A stretch of 64,000 nt of DNA from Mobula hypostoma (GCF_963921235.1 NC_086113.1:29140001-29204000), one strand, 5' to 3'. Counted from the stretch's first letter, positions 1-11,265 are shown. Program-made: numbers and translations. Notes: a model not told the origin generated them from the letters alone.

Positions 1-628
1 GATTTTCCCAATCCCCTTGCATATTGAAGTGCCCCATTACAGTTATGTCATTACCCTTATCAGATGCCTTTTCCAGCTCCCTTTGCAAACTTAATCCCAC
101 ATCTCGGTTACTGTTTGGAGGGCTATATATGATTCCTATGATATTTTTACCTTTGCAATTTCTTAACTCCACCCACAAAGATTCAACATTTTCTGACCCT
201 ATGTCACCTCTTTCTAAAGACGTGACTCCATCTCTTACTAACAGAGCCACACTACCACCATTGCCTTCCTGCCTATCCTTTTGATACAAAGTATATCCTT
301 TGATGGTAAGATCCCAAATATGACCTTCTTTCAGCCACCATTCAGTGATGTCCACAACATCATACTGACCAATCTCTAATTACACCACAAGTTAGTCCAC
401 CTTATTCTGAATGCCATATGGATTTAAATGCAGCACGTTCAGTCCCGCATTCTTTGTCCTTTTGAATTTTGCCTCTGTGGTACAACTCTTTGCTCTGTCT
501 GCATTTATACCCAGTCATTGGATTGTCCTTCTTTATATTCACGTTACATCCATCATATATTTGTAAACCTGCTGGCTCATCCTCAGCTCTATCATACTGG
601 TTCCTATTCCCCTGCCACGTGGTGTTAA
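1..628 (-). mobile_element. CR1 LINE fragment (end of ORF1 and APE endonuclease of ORF2), running off the window edge
   Basis: The reverse complement is colinear with the plus-strand CR1 at about 52130-52750 (e.g. GGGCACTTCAATATGCAAGGGGATTGGGAAAATC vs GGGTATTTCAATATGTAGCTAGATTGGGAAATC). Confidence 0.85.
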
Positions 629-659
629 GAGGACTCATTGCAATAAAATAAATAGATAC

Positions 660-1110
660 ATACATTACAGGAGACACAAACTGAATGCAATACTCCAGAA
701 GCAGCGTAACTAGAGGTTTAGAAAGCTGAATCATAACTTCCCAGTTTGAACTCAGTTCCTTGACTAGTTAAGCCAAGTGCACCATATTTCTTCTTTATCA
801 TCCTATCAACCTGTGTACCCACCTTCAGGGGTTGTAAACCTGGAACCTAAAATACCTCTGTTAAGAATCTTGCCATTACAATGTATTCTCTCCTTACATT
901 TGATCTCGCAAAGTACATCACTTCACACTTGACCTAGTTGAACTCCATCTGCCGTTTCTTTGCTCATATCTGTAACTGATCAATATCTCACTGTATCTTT
1001 TGCCAGTTTTTACACAATCCACAGTATCTGTATCATCTGCAAACTTTCTATTCCAGATATCGACGTTTTCATCCATTGCATTAAAAAACATCACAAACAG
1101 CATAGGTCTT
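660..1110 (-). mobile_element. CR1 RT fragment
   Basis: ORF 918..1103 gives LFVMFFNAMDENVDIWNRKFADDT, the CR1 KFADDT catalytic motif. Confidence 0.8.
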
Positions 1111-1419
1111 ATACATGGTAGAAACTGTTGTAACCTCTCACTGGTGGTGGAGTGAAGAAATGTTTATGGACAGTGTACCTATCAAGTGGACAGTATGGTG
1201 TGAAGCTTCAACAATCCAGGTTCCCCCATTGTAGAATCCACCGATAGATTTATCTTGGTTTTATCCATTGCAAGACTGAAACAGGACAAAAAGATGAGAG
1301 GTGACTAAACTAAGAACTAAGTTGATTTTTTTTTATTATCAGTTAAAGTAGAATCTTTGTTGTTTAATTGGCAGAGTAAGATCCAACAAACAACAAATGT
1401 CTTATGGTCTTATTAAGCT

Positions 1420-1563
1420 CCTGATTAGTAGGCCTGGTGTCAAAGGTCACAGGGAAAAGGCAGGAGAATGGAGTTGAGAGAGATAATAAATCAGCCATGA
1501 TGGAATGGCAGAGCAGATTCGATGGCCTAATTCTGCTCCTATATTTTATGTCTTATGGTCTTA
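1420..1563 (+). mobile_element. CR1 3' end
   Basis: GGCAGGAGAATGG...ATCAGCCATGATGGAATGGCAGAGCAG...CCTAATTCTGCTCC followed by a CTTATGGT-type tail; matches the 3' ends at 23380-23490 and 55200-55320. Confidence 0.8.
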
Positions 1564-1859
1564 CATGGCTGAAACAGTAATTTGTTTTCATTATGATTGA
1601 CTGAAGCTCTCATTTATGTTTACCTTGGTGACAATGGCACCTTTGGTTATTGCCTCCTTATGTACTTCCCTATCTCTGCAACCTCCTCCAGGCCCACAGG
1701 TACAGTTTCTGAGTACTCTGTACCCTTTCAAACAAGTCTCCTTCACATCTTCTGCTTTAACTGCTGCATCTTTGCTTACCATGTGTTCAGCTACATAGAT
1801 TTGAGCTCTGGTATTTTCACCCCTAACCATCTCCACTTGCTGGCTCTCTTTCCTTCTTA

Positions 1860-2000
1860 AAAGCCTATCTTTATGGGTCTCAGACTGAAACATTGTCTGT
1901 TTGTTCGTTTCCACGGATGCTGCCTGACCTACTGAGTTCCTCCAATATTTTGAATATGTTGAATTGGATTTCCAGCATCTGCAGAATTTCTCGTGTTTAT
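1860..2000 (+). mobile_element. Penelope-like terminal repeat fragment
   Basis: GATGCTGCCTGACCTACTGAGTTCCTCCA...TTCCAGCATCTGCAG is the same module as at 51948-52015, where it adjoins GIY-YIG-like coding sequence. Confidence 0.6.
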
Positions 2001-2326
2001 GGGTAAGATACAGGATGTTATAGTGTGTTGGGTAAGATAATGGACTAGGCTTCAATTTTTGACCTGGATTTCACACAGCAGACAAGAAATTTAAATGAAT
2101 CCAAAATTTTAAAAAAGCAAATCTGTGACCCTAAAACTACTGGAATGTTACAAAACAACATCTGCTTCACTAATGCCCTTCAGAGAAAGTAATCAGCCAT
2201 TCTGAGCTATCCAGCTTACATGTGATTGCAGACCCATTACAATCAAGTTAGCCTGAAGTTCCTTCTCAAAGCCACACCATTTACAGCTAATTGGGAATGG
2301 GTAATGACCCTGGCCTAGCCAGTGAC

Positions 2327-2743
2327 TGTTATGAGACGCTCCCAACCATAACAGCCTCTGATATTTAAACAGAGCAATCGCCTCTGATGTGGGCTGACAT
2401 TTACGTGCCAGGCGGCACCTAATTAATTAGCTTGTTTATTTCGGCTTTTTTCTTAAAGATGTGCTGGGTGCACTCTGGCTACTGCTGCACCCCTGCATGC
2501 TTCGCAGCCCAGAGGTTGGGGACCACTGGCTTAGAACATTCCTGTTCATTAATAATCATGTTTTGGATGCCAAGAATTGAGTATTTAAGGAACATCTGCA
2601 GATAGACTCAGGGTTCAATTGTAAACTTACTAGTGATATTGTCTAGTGTTTGTTTTATGTTCAGATTCAGTTTGATACCGCATCTCGAACTTACTTTCAG
2701 ATACCCCAACATTTGGGTCCAATCATCCGGGACTCTCATCACA
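2327..2743 (+). repeat. 5' LTR of the chromovirus (contains a hAT fragment)
   Basis: TGTTATGAGA...CATCACA, aligning with 6696-7000 (7 mismatches in the 50 nt 2551-2600 vs 6801-6850). TATTTAA box at 2582. Confidence 0.9.
2370..2528. mobile_element. One-ended hAT-type non-autonomous DNA transposon fragment inside the 5' LTR
   Basis: Segment is absent from the 3' LTR and ends in GGTTGGGGACCACTG, the reverse complement of the hAT-type TIR CAGTGGTCCCCAACC. Confidence 0.6.
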
Positions 2744-2759
2744 GTATGATTGAGCCAAC

Positions 2760-3640
2760 GTGGAACAAGCAGGGAATTGGAGACTTTCTTCAGCTGTGGC
2801 CAGCCACAGCTCGAAAACTTCAAGACAGAGCCTGAAGATGCATGACCTCCAAGTTGCTGTGTGGCATCTATTGCAGGGAAGAAGACAGAGGCTGTCAGTC
2901 ACTCTGCAGAGCCAGTCCATCATCCAACCCCAGAGAGATTCAACAGTGACCCGGATTCGTGACGCGGCGGCCTCGTCCAATGCTTATTAGCATTTGAACT
3001 CCAGCTGACCTTGTTCGCTTCAGTGCGCAGAAAAGTGGCTTTCATTATCTCTCTTCTGACTGGAAACGTCCTAGGCCACCAAGCATTAAGAACAAAGTTC
3101 AGCCATTTGCTCGGATGAAGGAATTCATGATTGCCCTGAGGGAGGTGTTTCATTACCCCGCTGGAGCCAGCCAAGCCTCAGACCACCTGATGAAGATTTG
3201 ATAGGGGGATGGTCAGGGGCTGACTATGCAATAAAATTTCGGACCTTGCCCCAGGAAAGTGATTGGAACAAGAAGGCTTTAGCCATGTTATATCGCCACA
3301 GACTCCAAGATAAACTGAAGGATGTCCTTGCCTTGGGAGAGCCAACAGAGAACTTAAGAGTTTCTCATTGACCAGTACATCCCTCTAGATAATCATCCAG
3401 CGGAGCGAAAGTGAGACCACTTCAGGGGGTCAAAGAAAGCTGGTCCCTGTGCATCGCAGTTCAACATCCCAACCTTGAGCAATGACTAGCCTGTCACATG
3501 GTCAAGATTCGGTCAAACCCATGCAGGTCGGTTGCTCTCGACTCTCTGCCGATAAGAGGTCCAGGTGTCGGAGTCAAGGTTGCTGCTTTTACTGCGGGGA
3601 AACAGGTCACTTGCGGACTGAATGCCCAAAGCTGCATCCA
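2760..3640 (+). pseudogene. gag: Disrupted gag of the chromoviral element
   Basis: ORF 3482..3847 contains PMQVG and the zinc knuckle CFYCGETGHLRTEC; the upstream region has many stops and frameshifts. Confidence 0.8.
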
Positions 3641-3699
3641 CCTGGGGAACTGCCAAGATCTTCCAACATATGGAGGATTGTTATGGTAGCGGCTACTAC

Positions 3700-6650
3700 T
3701 CCCAAACCCACTGAATCTGGTTCTGTGCTGAAGGTAGAGTTCACCTGTGGTAAGAACCTGAGGCAGGTGAAGGCTCTTATGGACTCAGGACCGGGAGGTA
3801 ATCTTCTGGATTTAGAAGCAGCCCGTTGGTTTGACATACCATTGTGAGAGTTGAGCCAGTCCTTGCCCGTAACTGTCTTAGACGGCTGACCACTAGATTC
3901 TGGGCAGATTCCACAACAGACTGTGGTGTTGCAGATGAGGACAGGGAATCATGTGGAAGACATTGGTTTTTACATTATTGACTCTCCACTCATACCCGTG
4001 ATCCTTAGGTACCCTTAGCTGTCCCAGCATAACCCTTCTATAGACTGGAGAGAGGGGAGAATCATTGTTTGGTCCAGTCACTTTAAGAAGCTTTTTTTAA
4101 TGGCATGCTGTTCCGACAGCCAGACTTTCCAGTGACAAGTAATCTATAAGGCTTTAGTGCAAGGGAACCTGAGACGTACTGAAGACCTAGTCCAACCCTT
4201 AAAAGTGGACAGTCCAGTTCTGGCTAGTGCAACAGTGCAAATCCTAACACAGTCTAGTCGGAATCCCATAGGAACTAGAGAGAGGGAATTTCAGGCTCAG
4301 GAGAAGACTAAGGAGATGTCCGAGCTGTCTGGGAGTCTTGCCACTAAGCTGAAGGGAACGAGCTGCAACCCTCAAGGAAGGGAAAGACTCTTTTACGCTG
4401 ATCCTTGAAGCCTATTCCCGGGGATGCAAGAACCCCCTGTAATGCCTCACTGCCATTGCCAGTGGATACGGATGGAGAGTCGGACTCTGATTTGGCCTCT
4501 GCTTCCACGGATGAATTTTGTGAGTTTGCAGAGAGGACTCTGAGGCCAATTGAATCACCTTTGTCACCAAGGAAGTCTCAGGAGTTATCCTCAAAGGAAA
4601 GTCCGGAGGAGATAGCAACACCCAAACCAGTCAAAATATCGTCTGTTTACAAGGACAGAAGCGATCTTCAGCAAGGGAAAGACTTTGGCACTTCCACCGC
4701 ACCAACCCTATAACTGTGCCACAGACCTGCTGTCTGGTACTTGTCCTCTGTGAGGTCACTCAAATTGCGCTCAGGCCCACAGAGAAGCACAATGAGAATA
4801 TAAAGGAAGCTCTTCATTCGGCCCTCTACTTCACCTGCCGGCACAGGTTTTTTCTTTGTACAAAAGAAAAATGGGAGTCTGTAGCCATGCATTGATTACA
4901 GGGGATTAAACCATATAACAACCAAGTTACTCCCTTCCTTTTATGAATACAGCTTTTGAGATGCCCCATGGAGAAAGGGTATTCATAAAATTAGACCTCT
5001 GGAGTGTCTACAACCTGGTCCATATCTCCAGTTGGCTATGCACGGCAGAGAGGAATGGTAACATCGGGAATCTTGCAGTTAAGTTAGATTTGGAGGAGTG
5101 GCATCACTGGCTGAGGGGCCAAGAACCCTTTTATCCTTTGGACTGAGCACAAGAACCTGGCTTCTATTCACGAGGTCAAGAGACTGAATTTCAGGGAGGT
5201 CAAATGGTTCTTTAACAGCTTTGAATTCATCCTGACCTATCAACTGGGTTAATGAACCAGAAGCCAGATGCTCTGTCCCATGAGTTTGACAAACCAAAAC
5301 ATGAGGAGCAGCCTACCACCATTTAGCCCCAGGGCATGATGGTAGCGCCAAGGCTCAGGCACAAGTGGTGATTCCTAAGAACAGTCCTCTGGGTCAGCTG
5401 TTTGGCCCAAGTTCCATCCTATCCCAGGTTCTCCAATGGGGACATTCGTTAAGAATGTCCGCACATCCAGGGATTGCCAGGGCCCTCGAATTTATCAAGA
5501 GGAGGTATTGGTGGCTCGGAATAATGAGAGAAGTTCAAGAATATGTGCAAGCATATAAGGTGTGCACCCAGAACAAGGAGTCCCATATGTGACCTCAAGG
5601 ACTTCTCCACCTCCTACCAGTTCTGAGTAGATCAAAGGCACACATCTTCATGGACTTTGTCATGGGTCTCCCACCATCCAAGGTGAAGTCAATCATCATG
5701 GTGGCTGTCAATCACTTTTCAAAGGCCTGCAAGTTTATTGCCTTGGAGAAGCTATCTTCTGTGGTGGAGATGGATGAGAATATCCTGGACCAGGTCTTCA
5801 GGGTCCATGGATTCCCAATGGAAATTCTCTTGCATTGTGGTACATAGTTCACATCACATTTCTGGATGGCTTTCTGTAAACTGATAGGGGCAACAACAAA
5901 CCTTTCCTCTGGGCTTCACCCTCAGTCCAACAGCCAGATAAAGTAGATCGTCCAGGATTTAGAACATACCATGAGATGCCTGGCCTTGGAAAGACCTGAT
6001 GAGAGCTGTGACTATCTGATGTGTGCGGAGATTATCCACAACATCTAACAGCACTCGGCGCATGGTATGTTACTGTTTGAGTGCCAATTTTTTTATCCTC
6101 CGACTCTCTTTCTGGAACAAGAAGCTGAGGTTAAGCTCCCTGCTGCAGAAAATCTTGTATAACATTGCAAGGAAAAATAGATGAGAGGATAACAGATTTT
6201 GCTGGCCTCTACCCAGACAGCAGAGACAAAGGCACACTGAAGACTGGAATCCGCATTACAGCCTGGGCAACAGGTCTAGCTGTCCACTCATAACCTGCCT
6301 CTCTGAGTGGAATCTAGAAAGCTGGCACCTATGTTCCTTGGTCCCTCATTCATTTGGCTTACACCTTGCAGCTACTCAACACCCGAAAGATCAACCTTGC
6401 CTTCCACATCTCTAAATTAAAACCTGCCTGCACCAGTCGCTTAACCCCACCACCATCAGCCCCGCCAGAACCCCGGTTTATCGAGGAGGAACATGTCTTC
6501 ACCGTGAAAAAATATTTGGACTCGGTCTGTTTGAGGTGTTCAGCAATACCTTGTGGACTAGAAGGGATTCAGACTGGAGGAAAGGTGCTGGGTGCCAGGA
6601 AGAGACATCCTGGATCCAACTGTCAACCACGATTATCATCACTGCCCCTC
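3700..6650 (+). pseudogene. pol: Disrupted pol (PR-RT-RNase H-IN-chromodomain) of the chromoviral element
   Basis: Protease ALMDSGPGGNLLD; RT CIDYRGLN and FIKLDLWSVYNLVHI; RNase H LEEWHHWL; integrase HPG..RRYWW, MDFVMGLP and VFRVHGFP; FHISKLKP; chromodomain FTVKKYLDS...QYLVD*KG...CWVP. Confidence 0.88.
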
Positions 6651-6695
6651 CAAGCAACCAGGGCAGTCAGGAGTCGGCCAAAGGGGAGGGGGTCC

Positions 6696-7000
6696 TGTTA
6701 TGAGATGTTCTGAGCTTCTGAGATTCAAATGTTCAAACTCTTTGGAGCATGGATAGCTGGTGTGGTCTCTTCCTAAAAGCTTAGGAAATTCCCACTAATT
6801 GATAATCATGTTTTGGGCGCTAAGAATTGCGTATTTAAGGAACACCTGAACATAGGTTCAGTACTCAATCGAAAGTCTACTAGTGATATCATCTAGTATT
6901 TGTTTTGTATTCAAATCCACTTAGATACCGTGTCTCAAACCTTGCTTCAGATACCCCAGCACTTGGGTCCAAAGTATCCTTTTCAAGGATTTTCATCACA
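6696..7000 (+). repeat. 3' LTR of the chromovirus
   Basis: Follows the PPT; TGTTATGAGA...CATCACA, then the TSD GTGAC. Confidence 0.92.
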
Positions 7001-7789
7001 GTGACAGTCCGATCCGGTACAAGAATACATTTTTTTAAATTACTTAATATTTCCTTATGTGACACAATAACAGATATTGTTTCATGACGGGTAACTGAAA
7101 TAAGTTGGAACATTTTACCATGCATGACAGTAATAACATCAAATTGTAGGTGTTTTTATTTCTTTGGAGTCCTTTGAATTTCCACGCAGAAAGATTAAAC
7201 AGCTGACAAGCAGTCTTTTAAAAGTTTTAGTGAGGTGTAACTGGAATGAAGGCTGCTGAAGACGTCATCATCTGTTGATACTGACAAAATAGTAGAGGTT
7301 AATTGTATCTCCAAAATCCCATTTATAAAGTCTTTTCTTCAGCATGAGATTACAGTAGCTCTCGATCAACCACAACAGGCTGCCTAGCAAAGCTGTTAGG
7401 TGAAGAATGCCTCTCCTTAATCAAAAGGAGTTTCTTTATTCTGTGGTCCTTCCTATAATGCACCCTCAAAGTAGCATCATGCTATAGTTCATCTCAGTCT
7501 GCTCCAGGCTCTGTGTTTTCTGTCATTGTTAAATGCACTGTCATTTTCCTTCTTAAATTGAAAATCAGCAGGAAAAACCAATCCATGATCCTGTTCTCCC
7601 AGAATGACAAGCATAACACAAAGAGTGCAATGCAAATGCATTTGTAAGGAATGATAGAATAAGATTTATTTAATCGTGCGTGAGCATGTGAGGGGCTATG
7701 GAATAGTGATACAATCCCATCAGACTACACTGTGGCAAGTCTAACACTGTCCTCTTTTCAAATGATGGACTATTGCAACATGAATTAGG

Positions 7790-8060
7790 TAAAGTGGTGA
7801 ATCAGTGGTTGAACTACCAGAATGATAATCCAGAGTCATAGATTAACAAATCAGTCCCATGAGTTCAAATCCCAGCATTGCAGCTGTGGATCAAGTACAG
7901 TTAATAATCAAAAAGTTGATTCAAATAATTATGACCAGAACATTTAGCAGATTATCGTAAAAATTCAGTTCATTACCCACACCAATGCAGTTGATTCTTA
8001 AATACCCACTGAAGTGTCCTATGAAGACAAAGAGTTTTAGGCAGCCTTCCACTGCCTTCT
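7790..8060 (+). mobile_element. Old tRNA-derived SINE; its 3' part resumes after the Rex insertion at about 8410-8480
   Basis: B-box-like GAGTTCAAATCC at about 7861. The 3' part (TAGTTTTGCCAGTGATG) resembles the SINE tail at 2285-2326. Confidence 0.45.
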
Positions 8061-8410
8061 CATAGTCATAGTCATAGTCATACTTTATTGATCCCGGGGG
8101 AAATTGGTTTTCGTTACAGTTGCACCATAAATAATTAAATAGTAGTAAAACCATAAATAGTTAAATAGTAATATGTAAATTATGCCAGGAAATAAGTTCA
8201 GGACCAGCCTATTGGCTCAGAGTGTCTGACCCTCCAAGGGAGGAGTTGTAAAGTTCGATGGCCACAGACAGGAATGACTTCCTATGACGCTCTGTGTTGC
8301 ATCTCGGTGGAATGAGTCTCTGGCTGAATGTACTCCTGTGCCCAACCAGTACGATATGTAGTGGATGGGAGACATTGTCCAAGATGGCATGCAACTTGGA
8401 CAGCATCCTA
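8061..8410 (-). mobile_element. Rex1/Babar-like LINE 3' end with (ACTATG)n tail
   Basis: ORF 8209..8406 (ILDNVSHPLH...RHRKSFLSVAIELYN) is a typical Rex1-type C-terminus. On the minus strand AATAAA is followed by ACTATG repeats. Confidence 0.85.
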
Positions 8411-8639
8411 AGTATCCTCCAGGATACTTAGTAATAACTAGTTTTGCCAGTGATGCTTACCATGAAAGATATATCTGTGAAAAAAAACATAAACCTCACA
8501 GACTTAGGAAAGGAAGGAATGAGCAAGCATTTGTTTTGCCCTGTAGGCTCCTGTTAAGTTGAGCCCTGACACGGCACTTCAGAGTTCCCGCCAGGTGGTG
8601 AAAACGATGGGTAGGGTGGCACTAATAAAGATAAAGATC

Positions 8640-8960
8640 TTTGTTTTTTTTTAAAGTTTTTTGTCACATGTACATCGGAAATGTGAAATATGTTTTCATC
8701 AAACCAAATTAGTCAGGATTGTGCTGGATAGCCCGTAAGTGTTGCCACGTTTCTGGAGCCAGCATAGTATGTCAATAATCAATAATCCTAACCCATACAT
8801 CTTTGGAGTGTGGGGTGAATCTGGAGTACCCAGATGAAGCCCATATGATCACCAGGAGAAGCTACCAACTCCTTGCAGATTGCAGTAGGAATTAAACCCC
8901 CATCTGACAGATGTGCTGTACTGCATCGTGCTAACTGCGATAAAACCTTGCCACCCAATA
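8640..8960 (-). mobile_element. V-SINE/HE1-like SINE
   Basis: Core TCTTTGGAGTGTGGG...TACCCAGATGAAGCCCA...GGAGAAGCTACCAACTCCTT is shared with 31270-31350, 32795-32860 and 37170-37210. Confidence 0.65.
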
Positions 8961-9699
8961 TCTTTATTTATAACTTTAAAAATGCGGAGGGAAAAAAATG
9001 ACTGCAAACCCTTTCCATTCGCTTTTTCCTAGCCTTCCATCAAGCTCAGCATCCAGTCGAACTCAAGCTGTCTTCTGATGAGATTTAATTTGAGAGACGC
9101 TGATTCATATGAAGCATGTATTGACAGGAATGTATAACGAGCTGTGGTTTAATAAAGGATGATCTGGGTAAAATAAACATTCATGGATAAGGCTGGGCAT
9201 GAAACTTAATTAGTTTGAAGGTCAGACTTTTTTCCCCTTGATCCTGACCTGATTATATTTGTTTCAGGTAAATACATCAGTACACTTTGCTGTCAAAGTC
9301 CTACTACACTAGACAGAAAAGCACATTTCCAATGCATTCTGCTGCATTTTTCTTACTGATTCTATTCTTCATTTTATTCTTCTTCATTTAATATATATAT
9401 TCTGGAAGCATGGAACTTTTAAATGAAGAAGAACAAAGCGGAGAAGAGAATAGAATGAATCAGAATGTATATAAAAATATATATGTATACATAATTTATT
9501 TAATTGGATGAAGATGTTGGTGACAAGACACAAATTTAATTTCCATCCATAATCATTTACTTCAGTGAACAGTTAAATGTCACCATATTTTTCTGTGGAT
9601 CAGGGAAAAGGCCAATGAATGATCGATCCCATAGAACCAGAATAACAGGCTAGTTAGCCCATTGTGTCTGCACCGACCGTGATGTCAATGGACATGAAG

Positions 9700-10000
9700 T
9701 TGGATGTTTCTTATTGTGAGCAGGTCGAGGACCAGAGGGCACAGTCTTAGAATAGAAGGGCATGCCTTTAGGATAAAAATGAGCAGGAATGTCTTTAGCC
9801 AGAGGGTGGAAAATTTATGGAATTCATTGCTGTAGTTGGCTGTGGAGGCCATGTCATGAGTATATTTAAAGCGGAGTTTGACAGTTTCTTAATTAGTAAC
9901 AGCGTTAAGTGTTGCAGGGAGAAGGGAGGAGAGTGGGGTTGAGAGGGAAAATAAAACAGCTATGATGGAATAGCAGAACACACTCAATGAGATGAATGCA
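9700..10000 (+). mobile_element. CR1 3' fragment
   Basis: AGGACCAGAGGGCACAGTCTTAGAATAGAAGGG...TTTAGCCAGAGGGTGG, the TRGHSL / FFSQRV motifs. Confidence 0.8.
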
Positions 10001-10044
10001 TAATCCATAACCCTTTATTCCCTCCATATTCATATGTCTGTCTA

Positions 10045-10643
10045 AATGCCTCTTGAGGCCCTCCATTGGTTGGTGTCAACCTTGGATGTTGCATCTCAGC
10101 TGTCTATGTGATAGGCAAGCCAGAGCAGTACGATATGGACAGCAAGCTGTTGCCATGTAGCAGTCGCCCTCTCTCCAGGCAGCTGATATATCCAAGGGAA
10201 CGACAGAGATGGATACAGTTTGGCACCATCGGCATTGCAAGAGTTGCCAGTCAGCATTGAGCTCAACATAGGACTGCCTTAGAGATTCCAGCTCCAGATT
10301 TTTCTTTGGGGTTTATGCTCAAAGTCTTCCCCCTGAACGTGAATAGCTACAGGGCACCTGAGGTTTGAGATCAGAGTTTTCCTTCTCCTAGATGAGCTGC
10401 CAACCACGGATGACGAGCCCCATCAGCCCAAAGCGACTGGTTTAAGGTGCCAGTAATCCATCTTTGCCCTTCTCCTGTCAGTAGCAACCATTTTGCCGGG
10501 CTTTGTAGCTAAGCCACATATGAAGACCAGGAGCTGGTCTTGGTTGTCAGAGACTATCTGAGGCACACGCCATTGGGAACATTTAATAGGTGGTGGGAGC
10601 TTTTCCCCATTACCACCCCCAGCTATAACAACCTTAAGGAACC
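10045..10643 (-). mobile_element. Non-coding RTE-5'UTR-like non-autonomous retroelement inserted in a CR1 3' end
   Basis: The minus strand contains GGCAGCTCATCTAGGAGAAGGAAAACTCTGATCTCAAACC, a motif I associate with RTE-clade 5' UTRs. The flanks (AAATGCCTCTT / CCTCTTCAAATGCC) rejoin a minus-strand CR1. Confidence 0.55.
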
Positions 10644-10644
10644 C

Positions 10645-11060
10645 TCTTCAAATGCCTGTTAAACACTGCTATTGTAACTGTTTCCACCACTTCCCTTGGC
10701 AGTGCATTAAAAGCACCTTGAATGCTCTGTGAAAAGTTATTTGTGCTGTACTTCTTCTTTGAACTCTTTTCCTTTCAATTTAAACTTGTGCCCTGTAGTA
10801 CCTTACATTGCCACCTTAGGAAAAAGACACTGACAACTTACCCTGTCTCTGCCCCTCATAACTTTAAATGTTTATCAGTCACCCCTCGGACTTTGAAACT
10901 TAGTTCATTCAATCTCTCTTTATAGCTGATACATTTCAGTTGGTATGATTTTCCAGTGAATTTTTTTTTACGTCTCCAAAGCCTTCACATCCTTCCTATA
11001 ATGTGATGACCAAAACAACACACCAAGTGTGACCTAACCAAATCTTAATATATTTGCAAC
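10645..11060 (-). mobile_element. CR1 3' fragment (continues from 10005-10045)
   Basis: TCCACCACTTCCCTTGGCAGTGCATT and TTCACATCCTTCCTATAATGTGATGACCAAAAC are typical antisense CR1 C-terminal sequence. Confidence 0.7.
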
Positions 11061-11134
11061 ATGGCTGGTGTACAAGTTTGTTTTTTTTTAATGCCAATTT
11101 ATAAGTTTAAAATTAAAATAGAAGCATAAGAAGA

Positions 11135-11265
11135 ATGAAGAAGAATCTGGAATCTGGAGCAGAAAAAAAAAACACAAATTAATGGAGGAACACAAAGGGT
11201 CAAACAGCATCTGTGGAGGCAAATGGCAGTCAACTTTTCAGGTTGATACTCTATATCAAGAATAT
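11135..11265 (-). mobile_element. Penelope-like terminal fragment
   Basis: GGAGGAACACAAAGGGTCAAACAGCATCTGTGGAGG...GTCAACTTTTCAGG is the antisense of the module at 51915-52010. Confidence 0.55.

Larger units (their letters stand above)
2327..7000 (+). mobile_element. Complete decayed Gypsy LTR retrotransposon, chromovirus (Tf1/sushi-like)
   Basis: TG...CA LTRs at 2327-2743 and 6696-7000. Perfect 5-bp TSD GTGAC (2322-2326 and 7001-7005). PPT AAAGGGGAGGGGG before the 3' LTR. Internal order: gag CCHC knuckle, DSG protease, RT, RNase H, integrase, chromodomain. Confidence 0.95.

Noticed and set aside
1591-2055. 154-aa minus-strand ORF
   Set aside because: It overlaps the antisense of a Penelope-like terminal fragment and has no coherent protein features.
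7790-7880. tRNA gene
   Set aside because: Only a B-box-like motif with no cloverleaf; better explained as a SINE head.
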